64,000 bases of DNA from an uncultured bacterium (GTDB lineage: Bacteria; JAGRBM01; JAHCIT01): contig CAZUMS010000011.1 in assembly GCA_964621525.1 (NCBI GenBank), positions 587 to 64,586 of the forward strand, written 5' to 3'. Below the pieces are notes generated by a model, which made no database searches, was not told where the DNA came from, and saw only the letters and a list, made by a program, of their open reading frames with translations. Below, piece after piece: positions 54,957 through 63,296 of this stretch. The position numbers and the translations under genes are program-made. Position 1 is the stretch's first letter; the number at the start of each line of letters is the position of its first letter.

Positions 54957-56250
54957 GAAGTTTTCCAAGGGTTCGCCGGACTTTGCAGCGGCAGTTAAAG
55001 CAGCCTCCAACGCTCGAATCGGTATCGCCCTTTCTGGACATATTGGCCCTCGATTACGAAAGGAGCAGAGATGGCTGGAGAAACTGAATATCTATTCTAC
55101 AGATCCGATCAAAGCTATAAAGTCTCATTCGATAAATCATCAACAACTTACTGAGTACGTTGCTGTAGCAGGAATATTACATACGTTTGACGGTTGGTCA
55201 TATCTGGGCCGGGCGTTGAATGCGCTAATGCTTTCGGACTTTTCTAGATCAATACATTTTTCGTATTATGCCGAACTTCGTGCAGCGCTTTCCATCTTGG
55301 CTCTCGAAGGAATTGGAGTTTTTAACGGCAGGAATATTTATATCGATGTGAAAGGGAGATGCCGCCTACATTCCTCACTCCCGACACATAAAGCTGTATG
55401 GAGTTATCTAGATAGTTGGGGGCGTTCGCCTAAGAGCGAAATCACCACGAAGCTTTTCAGATATCAGGGTGTCACATTCGAAGATTGGATAATCGCCTCA
55501 AAATTATCCACTGGGTCAATTGCACCACATGCATGGCTTTCATGCTGGGGTACAGATATTAAAAATTTTGCCAATGATCACTTAACCCGGAACAATGCGA
55601 GTTATCAACCGTCTCCATTGTCAGGAGACTATAAAGTTCCACTGCCTAAGATTTATGATCTAGTATGTAAGATATGGGAGTCTTTCGTCCCGACTATCGG
55701 TGGCTATGACGAAAATAGTAATGTCGATCATCTGATTGATATGTATGAATTGTATGAAAAAAATGCGGCAGTAACGAATATTGTTAACGGTCATATCGTT
55801 CCAGGGATGCAAGTGTTAGGTATTAATACGGGGATACAAAGACTTATTATAGATCGATACAAAAATAATAAGCGTGGGACACTTGGACTTATCCTTGATT
55901 CTGGAAATCCAAATAACAATGAACCGATTCCAGTTCAGATGATATCTAGAGCGACAATGCTACTTAAACTTGCAACATTGATGGCTAGACGCAGTATCGG
56001 CTCTTCTATAGATTTCCACAATGATGCGAAATTCTGGTGGATGACAGAGTGTGCCTATCGAGGGTTATGGAATGAAAAATCTCCACCGGCAGATATAAAA
56101 TTGTGTTGGGATGATATGAAACAGGTATTGGCGGACTTAGTCGCCGGGCAACAAAAGTCGTTAGATCGATATGATATTTCGAAAAATATAAGAGGAACTG
56201 AGAAGGTTGAGGCTTGTGAACTAATAGGGCTATACGGAATGGCAGCATGA
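54949..56250 (+). CDS. Large hypothetical protein with HEPN-like signature
   Basis: SYYAELRAALSILALEG...THKAVW...RNNASY parallels the HEPN pattern YxA..AL..G..H..V...R..xY; overlaps both neighbours. Confidence 0.75.
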   Translation: MSKKFSKGSPDFAAAVKAASNARIGIALSGHIGPRLRKEQRWLEKLNIYSTDPIKAIKSHSINHQQLTEYVAVAGILHTFDGWSYLGRALNALMLSDFSRSIHFSYYAELRAALSILALEGIGVFNGRNIYIDVKGRCRLHSSLPTHKAVWSYLDSWGRSPKSEITTKLFRYQGVTFEDWIIASKLSTGSIAPHAWLSCWGTDIKNFANDHLTRNNASYQPSPLSGDYKVPLPKIYDLVCKIWESFVPTIGGYDENSNVDHLIDMYELYEKNAAVTNIVNGHIVPGMQVLGINTGIQRLIIDRYKNNKRGTLGLILDSGNPNNNEPIPVQMISRATMLLKLATLMARRSIGSSIDFHNDAKFWWMTECAYRGLWNEKSPPADIKLCWDDMKQVLADLVAGQQKSLDRYDISKNIRGTEKVEACELIGLYGMAA

Positions 56251-57380
56251 AATACATGGGCTCCAAACGGGCGATGCTCCAGAACGGACTTGGCGAGGAG
56301 CTCGCCAGACGGGTGCCCGAGGCTGTCAGGTTCGTTGACCTGTTCACGGGTTCCGGTGCAGTGGCGTGGCATGTGGCGACACACTGGGGGATCCCTGTTC
56401 TTGCCGTCGATTTGCAGGCCTATGCAACGGCATTGGCGGGTGCTGTCGTTTGCCGGGACACGGTCGTCGATGGGGCACAACTCAAAAACGACTGGTTCGA
56501 CCGCGCGGAGGAGCTTCTCAGCGAAGCTTCCTGCTGGAATGACCTGACGGAGTTCCAGGACGATCTGGGCGAACGGATATCCAGACGCTTGGCTGACGAA
56601 GCCCGGCAGCTTTGTGAACTGCTCGGGCCAATCGGTCAGGCATACGGCGGTTATTATTACAGCCCGATGCAGGCTGCGGTCATCGAAGGGCTCAGGGCAA
56701 CGCTCCCCGAAACTCCGAATGAACGGCGGGTGGCTATTGCCGCCCTGATTCAGGCTGGCAGCCGGTGCGCGGCCTCTCCGGGCCATACGGCGCAGCCGTT
56801 CAAGCCGAACAGCACGGCGGGGAAATTCCTGCTGGAAGCGTGGCGTCGAGACGTCTGGGACGAGACTGAAAAGGCATTAAAGGCGATATCATCGCTCGCT
56901 GCGAAGGTTTCGGGAGACACGCATCAGGGCGATGCCGTGGCCCTGGTTCCCGACCTCATCCGGGAAGGGGATCTCGTTTTCCTCGATCCGCCCTATTCCG
57001 GCGTTCATTACAGCCGCTTCTATCATGTGCTGGAGACAATCGCGCGTGGTGAGATCGGCGAAGTTTCCGGCACAGGGCGCTATCCGGCACCGGAGGAACG
57101 GCCGCGTTCCGCCTTCAGCGTCATGACCGAATCGCGCGATGCCCTCGATACGCTCCTTCAGTCGATCAGCGCGGCAGGCGGAAGGGTTATTATGACTTTT
57201 CCCGCAGGCAAGGCTTCCAACGGATTGTCCGGCGTCAAAGTTAAAAATACTGCCGAAAAGTATTTCAAAATTCTCTCCCAGAAGATTTCCTCCAGGTTCA
57301 GCACCTTGGGCGGCAACCGTGAGAATCGAGATGCCCGGATTGACCGGGGAGAACTTATCCTGACGCTGCTTCCCAAATAG
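56247..57380 (+). CDS. N6-adenine DNA methyltransferase (D12/FokI-NlaIII-like class)
   Basis: KYMGSK, DLFTGSGAV (motif I), FLDPPY (motif IV), YSRFYHVLETI. Confidence 0.9.
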   Translation: MKYMGSKRAMLQNGLGEELARRVPEAVRFVDLFTGSGAVAWHVATHWGIPVLAVDLQAYATALAGAVVCRDTVVDGAQLKNDWFDRAEELLSEASCWNDLTEFQDDLGERISRRLADEARQLCELLGPIGQAYGGYYYSPMQAAVIEGLRATLPETPNERRVAIAALIQAGSRCAASPGHTAQPFKPNSTAGKFLLEAWRRDVWDETEKALKAISSLAAKVSGDTHQGDAVALVPDLIREGDLVFLDPPYSGVHYSRFYHVLETIARGEIGEVSGTGRYPAPEERPRSAFSVMTESRDALDTLLQSISAAGGRVIMTFPAGKASNGLSGVKVKNTAEKYFKILSQKISSRFSTLGGNRENRDARIDRGELILTLLPK

Positions 57381-57383
57381 GCT

Positions 57384-57471
57384 CCTCCCTACTCAGGGAG
57401 GGTTTTCCGGTCCCGTCATTCAGCTCCCGGTTCCCCCTCCCTGGGTATAGGGAGGGGGCAGGGGGGAGAGT
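57384..57471. repeat. REP-like palindrome cluster, copy 2 (first hairpin may terminate the methyltransferase operon)
   Basis: Matches both modules of 50951-51086 in the same orientation. Confidence 0.7.
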
Positions 57472-57533
57472 CCGTTCGCGTCCCATCCCCCCATTTCGCT
57501 CCGTCCGTTCGGCTGCGGTATACTCCCTCCCCG

Positions 57534-57911
57534 ATGGAAGCAGAGAAACAGCAGGGCCCCGGTGTTCCGCTGCCGCCGGACGCGATCGAGCGCCGGCTGG
57601 GGAGCCCCGGCGTGCTGGCCGGTATCCGGCGGCGGCTGGAGGCGGCGTTCGGCGCGCGCCTGAAGGACGTGATCCTCTACGGCTCCACGGTCCGGGGCGA
57701 CGACGAGCCGGACAGCGACATCGACCTGCTGGTGCTGGTTTCGGAACCCTACGACTGGGGCCGGGACTGGGACCTGGCCTACGATGCCCTTTACGACATT
57801 TACCTCATCGGCGGCCGCCCGCTGTCGATCAAGGTCAAGACGCTGGCGCAGTACGAGACCTCGCCGATGCCGTTCTACCGGAACGTCCACCGCGAGGGGC
57901 TTCACCTTTGA
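57534..57911 (+). CDS. Minimal nucleotidyltransferase (MNT, antitoxin-type)
   Basis: ILYGSTVRGDDEPDSDIDLLV (GS-x10-DxD). Confidence 0.9.
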   Translation: MEAEKQQGPGVPLPPDAIERRLGSPGVLAGIRRRLEAAFGARLKDVILYGSTVRGDDEPDSDIDLLVLVSEPYDWGRDWDLAYDALYDIYLIGGRPLSIKVKTLAQYETSPMPFYRNVHREGLHL

Positions 57912-58321
57912 CCGAGGCGGCGGGAATTCTCTGGAACAAGTCGGTCCGCAAGCTGCGGGCGGCGGAAACCCTTTTTGCGGAAGGGGATTACGGATCGGCG
58001 TCGGGCCTCGCCTATTTCGCTGCGTTCAATGCGGTGTCGGCGCTGTTCCTGCTGGATGGGCTTGAGTTCCGCAAGCATTCCCAGGTCCAGTCGGCCGTGT
58101 TCGTCGAACTGGCGAGAAAGGGCCGCTGGCCCGAAGAACTGGCACGGGGATTCCGCAAGCTCGGCGAACTCCGCGCGGAAGACGATTACGAAACCGCCCC
58201 GGAATGCACGGAGTCCACCGGCAAGGAGGCGCTCCGCATGGCGGAGGCGATCCTCCGGCAGGTGAGCCGGGAGCGTCCGGGCCTGTTCGTTCTCTGGGAC
58301 GAGGACGACGTGAGCCGATGA
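57908..58321 (+). CDS. HEPN-domain protein (MNT partner)
   Basis: LAYFAAFNAVSAL, KHSQV, LRAEDDY; TTG start overlaps the MNT stop. Confidence 0.88.
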   Translation: MTEAAGILWNKSVRKLRAAETLFAEGDYGSASGLAYFAAFNAVSALFLLDGLEFRKHSQVQSAVFVELARKGRWPEELARGFRKLGELRAEDDYETAPECTESTGKEALRMAEAILRQVSRERPGLFVLWDEDDVSR

Positions 58322-59736
58322 AACCATTCAACCGCACCAAGATCGTGGCGACGCTGGGCCCTTCCGCGAACAGCGTGGAACGGATCCGGGAGCTGATCCG
58401 CGCCGGGGCGGACGGCTTCCGGCTGAACTTCTCGCACGGGGACGGGGCGCAGCTGGAGCCGCTTGTCCAGGCGGTGCGCGAGGCGGTGAAGGCCGAGCGG
58501 GTGCACATCCCCGTGCTGGCCGACATCCAGGGGCCCAAGCTCCGGATCGGCCGGATGCCCAAGGAGGGCGTCACGCTGGTGGAGGGGGAGCCGCTCGTTC
58601 TCACCGAACGGCCGCTCCCGGAGGGCAGCGCCCATGAAATCCACTCCCCCTACGAATACCTGACGAAGGACATTAAGGCCGGGGCGAGGATCCTGCTCGC
58701 CGACGGGACTATCGAACTGAAAGCCGAAGCGGTCTCGGGCCAGGACATCCGGTGCCGCATCGTCACGGGCGGCCGCCTTTATTCCAACAAGGGGCTCAAC
58801 CTGCCGGGGACGAAGCTCTCGGTGGAGACGCTGACGGCAAAGGACCGGCTGGACCTCGAATACATCGCCCGGCGGGGCCTCGACATGGTGGCGATCTCGT
58901 TCGTCCGGTCGGCGGAGGATGTCGAGCTGGCGCGGCGGCTCCTTGGCGGCGGGCGGAAGATCCCCGTGATGGCGAAGCTGGAGCGGCCGGAGGCGCTGGA
59001 CCATCTGGACGACATTCTGGAGGCTTCCGACGGCGTGATGGTGGCGCGCGGCGATCTGGGCGTCGAACTCGACTTCGAACGGGTGCCGCTCCTCCAGAAA
59101 CGCATCCTGGAGCGGGCCGCCGTGCGCGGTAAGTGGGCCATCGTCGCCACGCAGATGCTGGGCTCCATGGTCCTGAACCGGCGGCCCACGCGGGCGGAGG
59201 TGTCCGACGTGGCGAACGCCGTGCTGGACGGCGCCGACGCGGTGATGCTCTCGGAGGAGACCGCCGCGGGGAACCACCCGGTCGAGGCGGTGGACGCCAT
59301 GGCGCGGATTTCCCGCGAGGCCGAGACGGCCGACCACACGGCCCCGGTGAAGTTCGACGCCGACATTGTGTCGTTCGCCGCCGGGGCGGCCGGGGCGGCG
59401 GTCTCCGCCGCCGAGCGGCTGAACGCGAAGGCCATCGTCGCGCTCGCGGGCTCGGGCCTCACGGCGCTGCTCGTTTCCAAGTGGCGGCCGCGCCTCCCGG
59501 TGCTCGCGCTGTCCGCCCACGAGCCCACGCTCCGCCGCCTCAACGTCCTGCGCGGCGTGATCCCGGTGCCGATCGGCGAGCGCGCCGACATGGAGCGGCA
59601 GCTCGAATCGGCCGACCGGTATCTCACCCGCGAGGGCTGGGCCCGGCCCGGCGACACGGTGGTGGTCGTCGCGGCGGTGCCGCTCGGCGAGGGCAAGGAA
59701 ACGAACTCGATCCGGTTCCACAAGGTGAGGGCGTGA
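58318..59736 (+). CDS. pyk: Pyruvate kinase
   Basis: RTKIVATLGP, RLNFSHG, DIQGPKLR, MAKLE, MVARGDLG, ATQML, TRAEVSDVANA. Confidence 0.97.
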   Translation: MKPFNRTKIVATLGPSANSVERIRELIRAGADGFRLNFSHGDGAQLEPLVQAVREAVKAERVHIPVLADIQGPKLRIGRMPKEGVTLVEGEPLVLTERPLPEGSAHEIHSPYEYLTKDIKAGARILLADGTIELKAEAVSGQDIRCRIVTGGRLYSNKGLNLPGTKLSVETLTAKDRLDLEYIARRGLDMVAISFVRSAEDVELARRLLGGGRKIPVMAKLERPEALDHLDDILEASDGVMVARGDLGVELDFERVPLLQKRILERAAVRGKWAIVATQMLGSMVLNRRPTRAEVSDVANAVLDGADAVMLSEETAAGNHPVEAVDAMARISREAETADHTAPVKFDADIVSFAAGAAGAAVSAAERLNAKAIVALAGSGLTALLVSKWRPRLPVLALSAHEPTLRRLNVLRGVIPVPIGERADMERQLESADRYLTREGWARPGDTVVVVAAVPLGEGKETNSIRFHKVRA

Positions 59737-59757
59737 ACTCCCGGCGCTTCGCCGCTT

Positions 59758-59850
59758 CCCTCACCCCCGTCCCCTCTCCCGTGAATCGGGAGAGGGGCGT
59801 TGTCCCTCCCGATTCACGGGAGGGACGGCGAGCGCAGCGGGCAGGGTGGG
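59758..59850. repeat. REP-like palindrome doublet
   Basis: CCCCTCTCCC-GTGAATC-GGGAGAGGGG and GTCCCTCCC-GATTCAC-GGGAGGGAC. Confidence 0.7.
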
Positions 59851-59869
59851 GCGCCGCCCAGGAGCCCGC

Positions 59870-60724
59870 GTGAACTCCCAGCTCTTCGCCCTCGGTTTCC
59901 GGCCCGACGATCCGCAGCAGCTCTACACGCTGCTGTCGGTGGCGGCCGAGCGCTCGCTCCCCGTGCTGGGGAGCCCGAAGGGCGCCGAGCACCGCCTCTA
60001 CGTGGACCCGAGCGGCGCGGCCCTCGCCGTGCACCGCTCCTCCGGGAAGATCGACGCCCTGACGCCGTGGCTGGAGAGCGACACGGTCTGGCCGCTGGAC
60101 GTGACCGGCTTTGTCCCCGACCCGGAGACGGTCCACTGGTCCGGCGCGAAGGGAACCGTGCTGGCCCCGGACGGGCCGGTGCCGGGCGTGACGGTTCACA
60201 TCAAGGATGTTTCCGCGTGGCGGCCGCTTCTCCAGAAGGGCGGCCGGTTCATGCTCCAGATGGCGGTGATCGGGGACGACGTGCAGGTGTTTTCCACGCC
60301 GGACGAACTCGGCGCCTCGCTCCGGGCGGCGTTCGGGAAAAACGAGCGGGGCGAGGAACTTGCGCTCCCCCGGAGCTTCATCCTGCCGACGGGCAGCGCC
60401 GCCGGCGGCGGGACGGGCCCGAAACCGGCGGGCGGCGGGAAACTCTCCGATATCGCCACGGCGCTCATCGCCGGCACCGTCACCGCCTTCGAGACGCGCG
60501 AGAACACGCTCTGCCGCAAACCGTTCCGGGTGGCCCGGATCGTGGCGGCCGGTCTCGACACGGAGGTCGCCTTCTGGAAGACCCGCGACGGCAGGGAGCC
60601 CCGGCCGGGGGAGGAGCTCCTCGCGCACTCGTGGCTCGCCGGGACGCCGCTCGGTGTCACGCCGCCGGAGGAGGCCGCGCCGGGCGGGCTCCTGTCGAAA
60701 CTTTTTTCGCTCCGCGCCCGGTGA
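59870..60724 (+). CDS. Hypothetical protein
   Basis: GTG start after CAGGAG; high GC3 coding pattern; no motif recognised. Confidence 0.7.
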   Translation: MNSQLFALGFRPDDPQQLYTLLSVAAERSLPVLGSPKGAEHRLYVDPSGAALAVHRSSGKIDALTPWLESDTVWPLDVTGFVPDPETVHWSGAKGTVLAPDGPVPGVTVHIKDVSAWRPLLQKGGRFMLQMAVIGDDVQVFSTPDELGASLRAAFGKNERGEELALPRSFILPTGSAAGGGTGPKPAGGGKLSDIATALIAGTVTAFETRENTLCRKPFRVARIVAAGLDTEVAFWKTRDGREPRPGEELLAHSWLAGTPLGVTPPEEAAPGGLLSKLFSLRAR

Positions 60725-60828
60725 GGGCGCATTTTCACGGACACGGGGCCTTTACTCCGGCGCGGCGGTGTCCCTAGCCTTTGCTCCCAGACGGCCGCTC
60801 TTCAGCGGCGGAGGGAGAGATTCCAGTC

Positions 60829-61296
60829 ATGGCAAGACCGAGCGAAGGGCAGCAGGCCCCCCGGTTCGAGGGCACGGCGGGCGACGGCACGCGGGTGTCC
60901 CTGGACGAACTGCTGAAAAAGGGCCCCGTGATGGTGGTGTTCTACCCCAAGGACGAAACCGCCGTCTGCACGGCGCAGCTGTGCGACTACCGGGACAACT
61001 ACGGCGAGTTCCGCCGCCTCGGCGTCCAGATCGTGGGCGTGAGCGGCGGCTCGGTGCGCTCGAAGGAGAAGTTCGCGGAGCACCACAGCTTCCCGTTCCC
61101 GCTGATCGCCGACACGGACGGAAAGATCGCCAAGGCCTGGGGCATGCGGAATTTCCTCGGCATGACCGACCGGGGCAATTTCCTCGTGGCCGAGGACGGC
61201 AAGGTCCTCTACGCCCACAAGGAAGCGATCCCGGTGTTCCGCAGAAAGAGCGACGAGCTGATCGACGTCGCCCGCCGCTACTACGGAAAGCCCTGA
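60829..61296 (+). CDS. bcp: Peroxiredoxin Q/Bcp
   Basis: FYPKDETAVCTAQLC (PxxxTxxC plus resolving Cys), FPLIADTDG; GGAGG/GGAG SD. Confidence 0.9.
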   Translation: MARPSEGQQAPRFEGTAGDGTRVSLDELLKKGPVMVVFYPKDETAVCTAQLCDYRDNYGEFRRLGVQIVGVSGGSVRSKEKFAEHHSFPFPLIADTDGKIAKAWGMRNFLGMTDRGNFLVAEDGKVLYAHKEAIPVFRRKSDELIDVARRYYGKP

Positions 61297-61315
61297 GGGG
61301 GCTTTTGGGTTCCGG

Positions 61316-63052
61316 ATGAGCCGGGCCGGCGAGGCGGGTTCGGGCGGCCGCCGTCCCGAAGGGGACGCCGCTTCGGGTGCGGGCCTGCTGCCGTTCGTCC
61401 GGCGGCTCGCGGCGACGCTCGACCTTGAGCCCGGCAGCGAAAATCTCAAGCGGCTCCTTGCCGAGGGGATCGCCCTCGGGGCGGCGAAGGTGTTCCGGGC
61501 GAAGACCACCTGGCCGGAGCCTCTCGCCCGCGCCGACCGGTTCACGCTCGCCCGGCTCGAACGGGAGTTCGCCGCGCAGATCGAACCGGCAGGCGATCCG
61601 CTCGACCGGCTGCTCCGGGCGGGCCGTCTCTACGAAACCGTCGTCCAGTCCGGCTCGAAGACCGCCCGCCGCGCATCCGGCAGTTTCTTCACGCCCCCCG
61701 GCATCGCCCGCTACGCCGCCGGGGCGGCGTCGGCGGGCCTCGAAACCCGCGATTTCCACGACCCCGCCTGCGGCGCGGGGAGCCTGCTCGCCGCCTTAAG
61801 GCTCGCGGGCGGCGTTCCGCTGGAGTGGCTGCACGGCACCGATCTGGACCCCGTGGCCGTGCACCTCGCGCGGGTGCTGCTCTGGCTCGCCGATGGTGCT
61901 TCGCCGGAGTCCGTGGAAACCGTCCGTGCGAATCTCCGCTGCGCGGACGGCCTCGCGGGCACGCTCCCCGAAGGTGCTGTCGTCATCGCCAACCCGCCGT
62001 TCGTGAAGGGCGTCGTGAAGACCGGCGCCGCCGGGAAGGCCGCCCGGAACGGGCTCCGGCGGCGGCTCCCGCTCCTTCAGGGGGCGTTCGACCTCGCGGC
62101 CGCGTTCTGGGCGCTTGCCGATCACGACCAGTGCCGCCGCACCGTGCTGGTGCTCCCGAACCGGCTGCTCGCCGCGGGCTACACGGCAAGGCTCCGCGAG
62201 GCGGCGCTGCTCCGGGGCGACTCGGTCACGATCCGGGATTTCAGCCGCCAGCGGGCGTTCGGCTCCGTCGGCGTGTATCCCGTCGTCCTCACCCTGGACC
62301 GTGACGGCCGGGGCGAGGGGCTCACGGGCGACGGGCGGAGCACCTTCCGGTGGAAGCCGAGGCTCCTCCGGGGACGGAGCTGGAGCGCGGCGCTGTCCGC
62401 CGAGGCGATGAAGCTGCTGGAACGGGACCCGCTCCGGCTCGGCGAGGTCGCCACCGTCACGGCGGGGCAGACCACCGCCGAGGCGTACGAAACCAAGGAA
62501 GCACTCGGCACACGGGGCGAATTCCTGTTCGTCACGGCGGGGGCCATCGAACCCCACCGGATCCTGCGCGACGCCCCGCAACGGTTCCTCGGGAAGGACT
62601 GGAAAAACCCCCGCCTCGCCGCGAAGGCCATGGGCGCCCGCCGGGCGAGAATTGCCCGCACCCCGAAGCTGCTCGTCGCCGCCATGGGCCGTCGGATCGA
62701 GGCGGCGCTGGATCTCAAAGGGGAGATCGCTCCGGCGGTGAGCGTCTTCACCGTGATCCCAAAGGAGGGCGGGCCGCTTGGCCCCGGAGCCCTGTCGGCG
62801 CTTCTCAATTCGCGTCCCCTCGCCGGACTGTTCACGGCGCTCCACGGCGCGCAGGCCATGTCGGGCGGCTACATCTCGGTCACGCGGCCGATGCTGGAGG
62901 ACCTTCCGCTCGCCGTGCACTCCGACCCGGCGCGGATCCGGCGCCTTGAAGCCCTCGGTCTCGCCCTCTCCGAACTGCCCGAAACCCCCGAACTTCTTGA
63001 GGAAGCCGACGAACTCGCCGCCGGTCTGCTGGCGGAAGGAAAAACGGGTTAA
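61316..63052 (+). CDS. Orphan N6-adenine DNA methyltransferase (Eco57I/TaqI-like)
   Basis: FFTP, DPACGAGSLL, IANPPF, C-terminal TaqI-C-like region (ALLNSR..F..GGY). Confidence 0.8.
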   Translation: MSRAGEAGSGGRRPEGDAASGAGLLPFVRRLAATLDLEPGSENLKRLLAEGIALGAAKVFRAKTTWPEPLARADRFTLARLEREFAAQIEPAGDPLDRLLRAGRLYETVVQSGSKTARRASGSFFTPPGIARYAAGAASAGLETRDFHDPACGAGSLLAALRLAGGVPLEWLHGTDLDPVAVHLARVLLWLADGASPESVETVRANLRCADGLAGTLPEGAVVIANPPFVKGVVKTGAAGKAARNGLRRRLPLLQGAFDLAAAFWALADHDQCRRTVLVLPNRLLAAGYTARLREAALLRGDSVTIRDFSRQRAFGSVGVYPVVLTLDRDGRGEGLTGDGRSTFRWKPRLLRGRSWSAALSAEAMKLLERDPLRLGEVATVTAGQTTAEAYETKEALGTRGEFLFVTAGAIEPHRILRDAPQRFLGKDWKNPRLAAKAMGARRARIARTPKLLVAAMGRRIEAALDLKGEIAPAVSVFTVIPKEGGPLGPGALSALLNSRPLAGLFTALHGAQAMSGGYISVTRPMLEDLPLAVHSDPARIRRLEALGLALSELPETPELLEEADELAAGLLAEGKTG

Positions 63053-63103
63053 TCCGCACCGAAATTTCTTCTCGCCGGGGGCGGTTCCGGATGCTATGGG
63101 AAC

Positions 63104-63247
63104 GGGCGCTTGGCCCGGCCCTTCGCAACGGCCGGATCCTGCACGACAGCGAGCCGACGAACCCCGCCAGGTCCGGAAGGAAGCAACGGTACTCGATACT
63201 CCTGTGTTTGCAGCGGTCCGGCTTTTGGGGAGGGCCGAGGCGGGCAC
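63104..63247 (+). ncRNA. ffs: Signal recognition particle RNA
   Basis: Helix 8 core CCAGGTCCGGAAGGAAGCAACGG inside a long hairpin (GGCCGGATCCTGCA/TGCAGCGGTCCGGCT); conserved position upstream of dnaX. Ends approximate. Confidence 0.9.
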
Positions 63248-63296
63248 CGCTTGAGGACCGCAGAAGCCCGGAGGCCGGGCAGGGAGGGCGCACCGC

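Noticed and set aside
58186-59721. 511-aa minus-strand ORF and other overlapping frames
   Set aside because: Shadows of pyruvate kinase.
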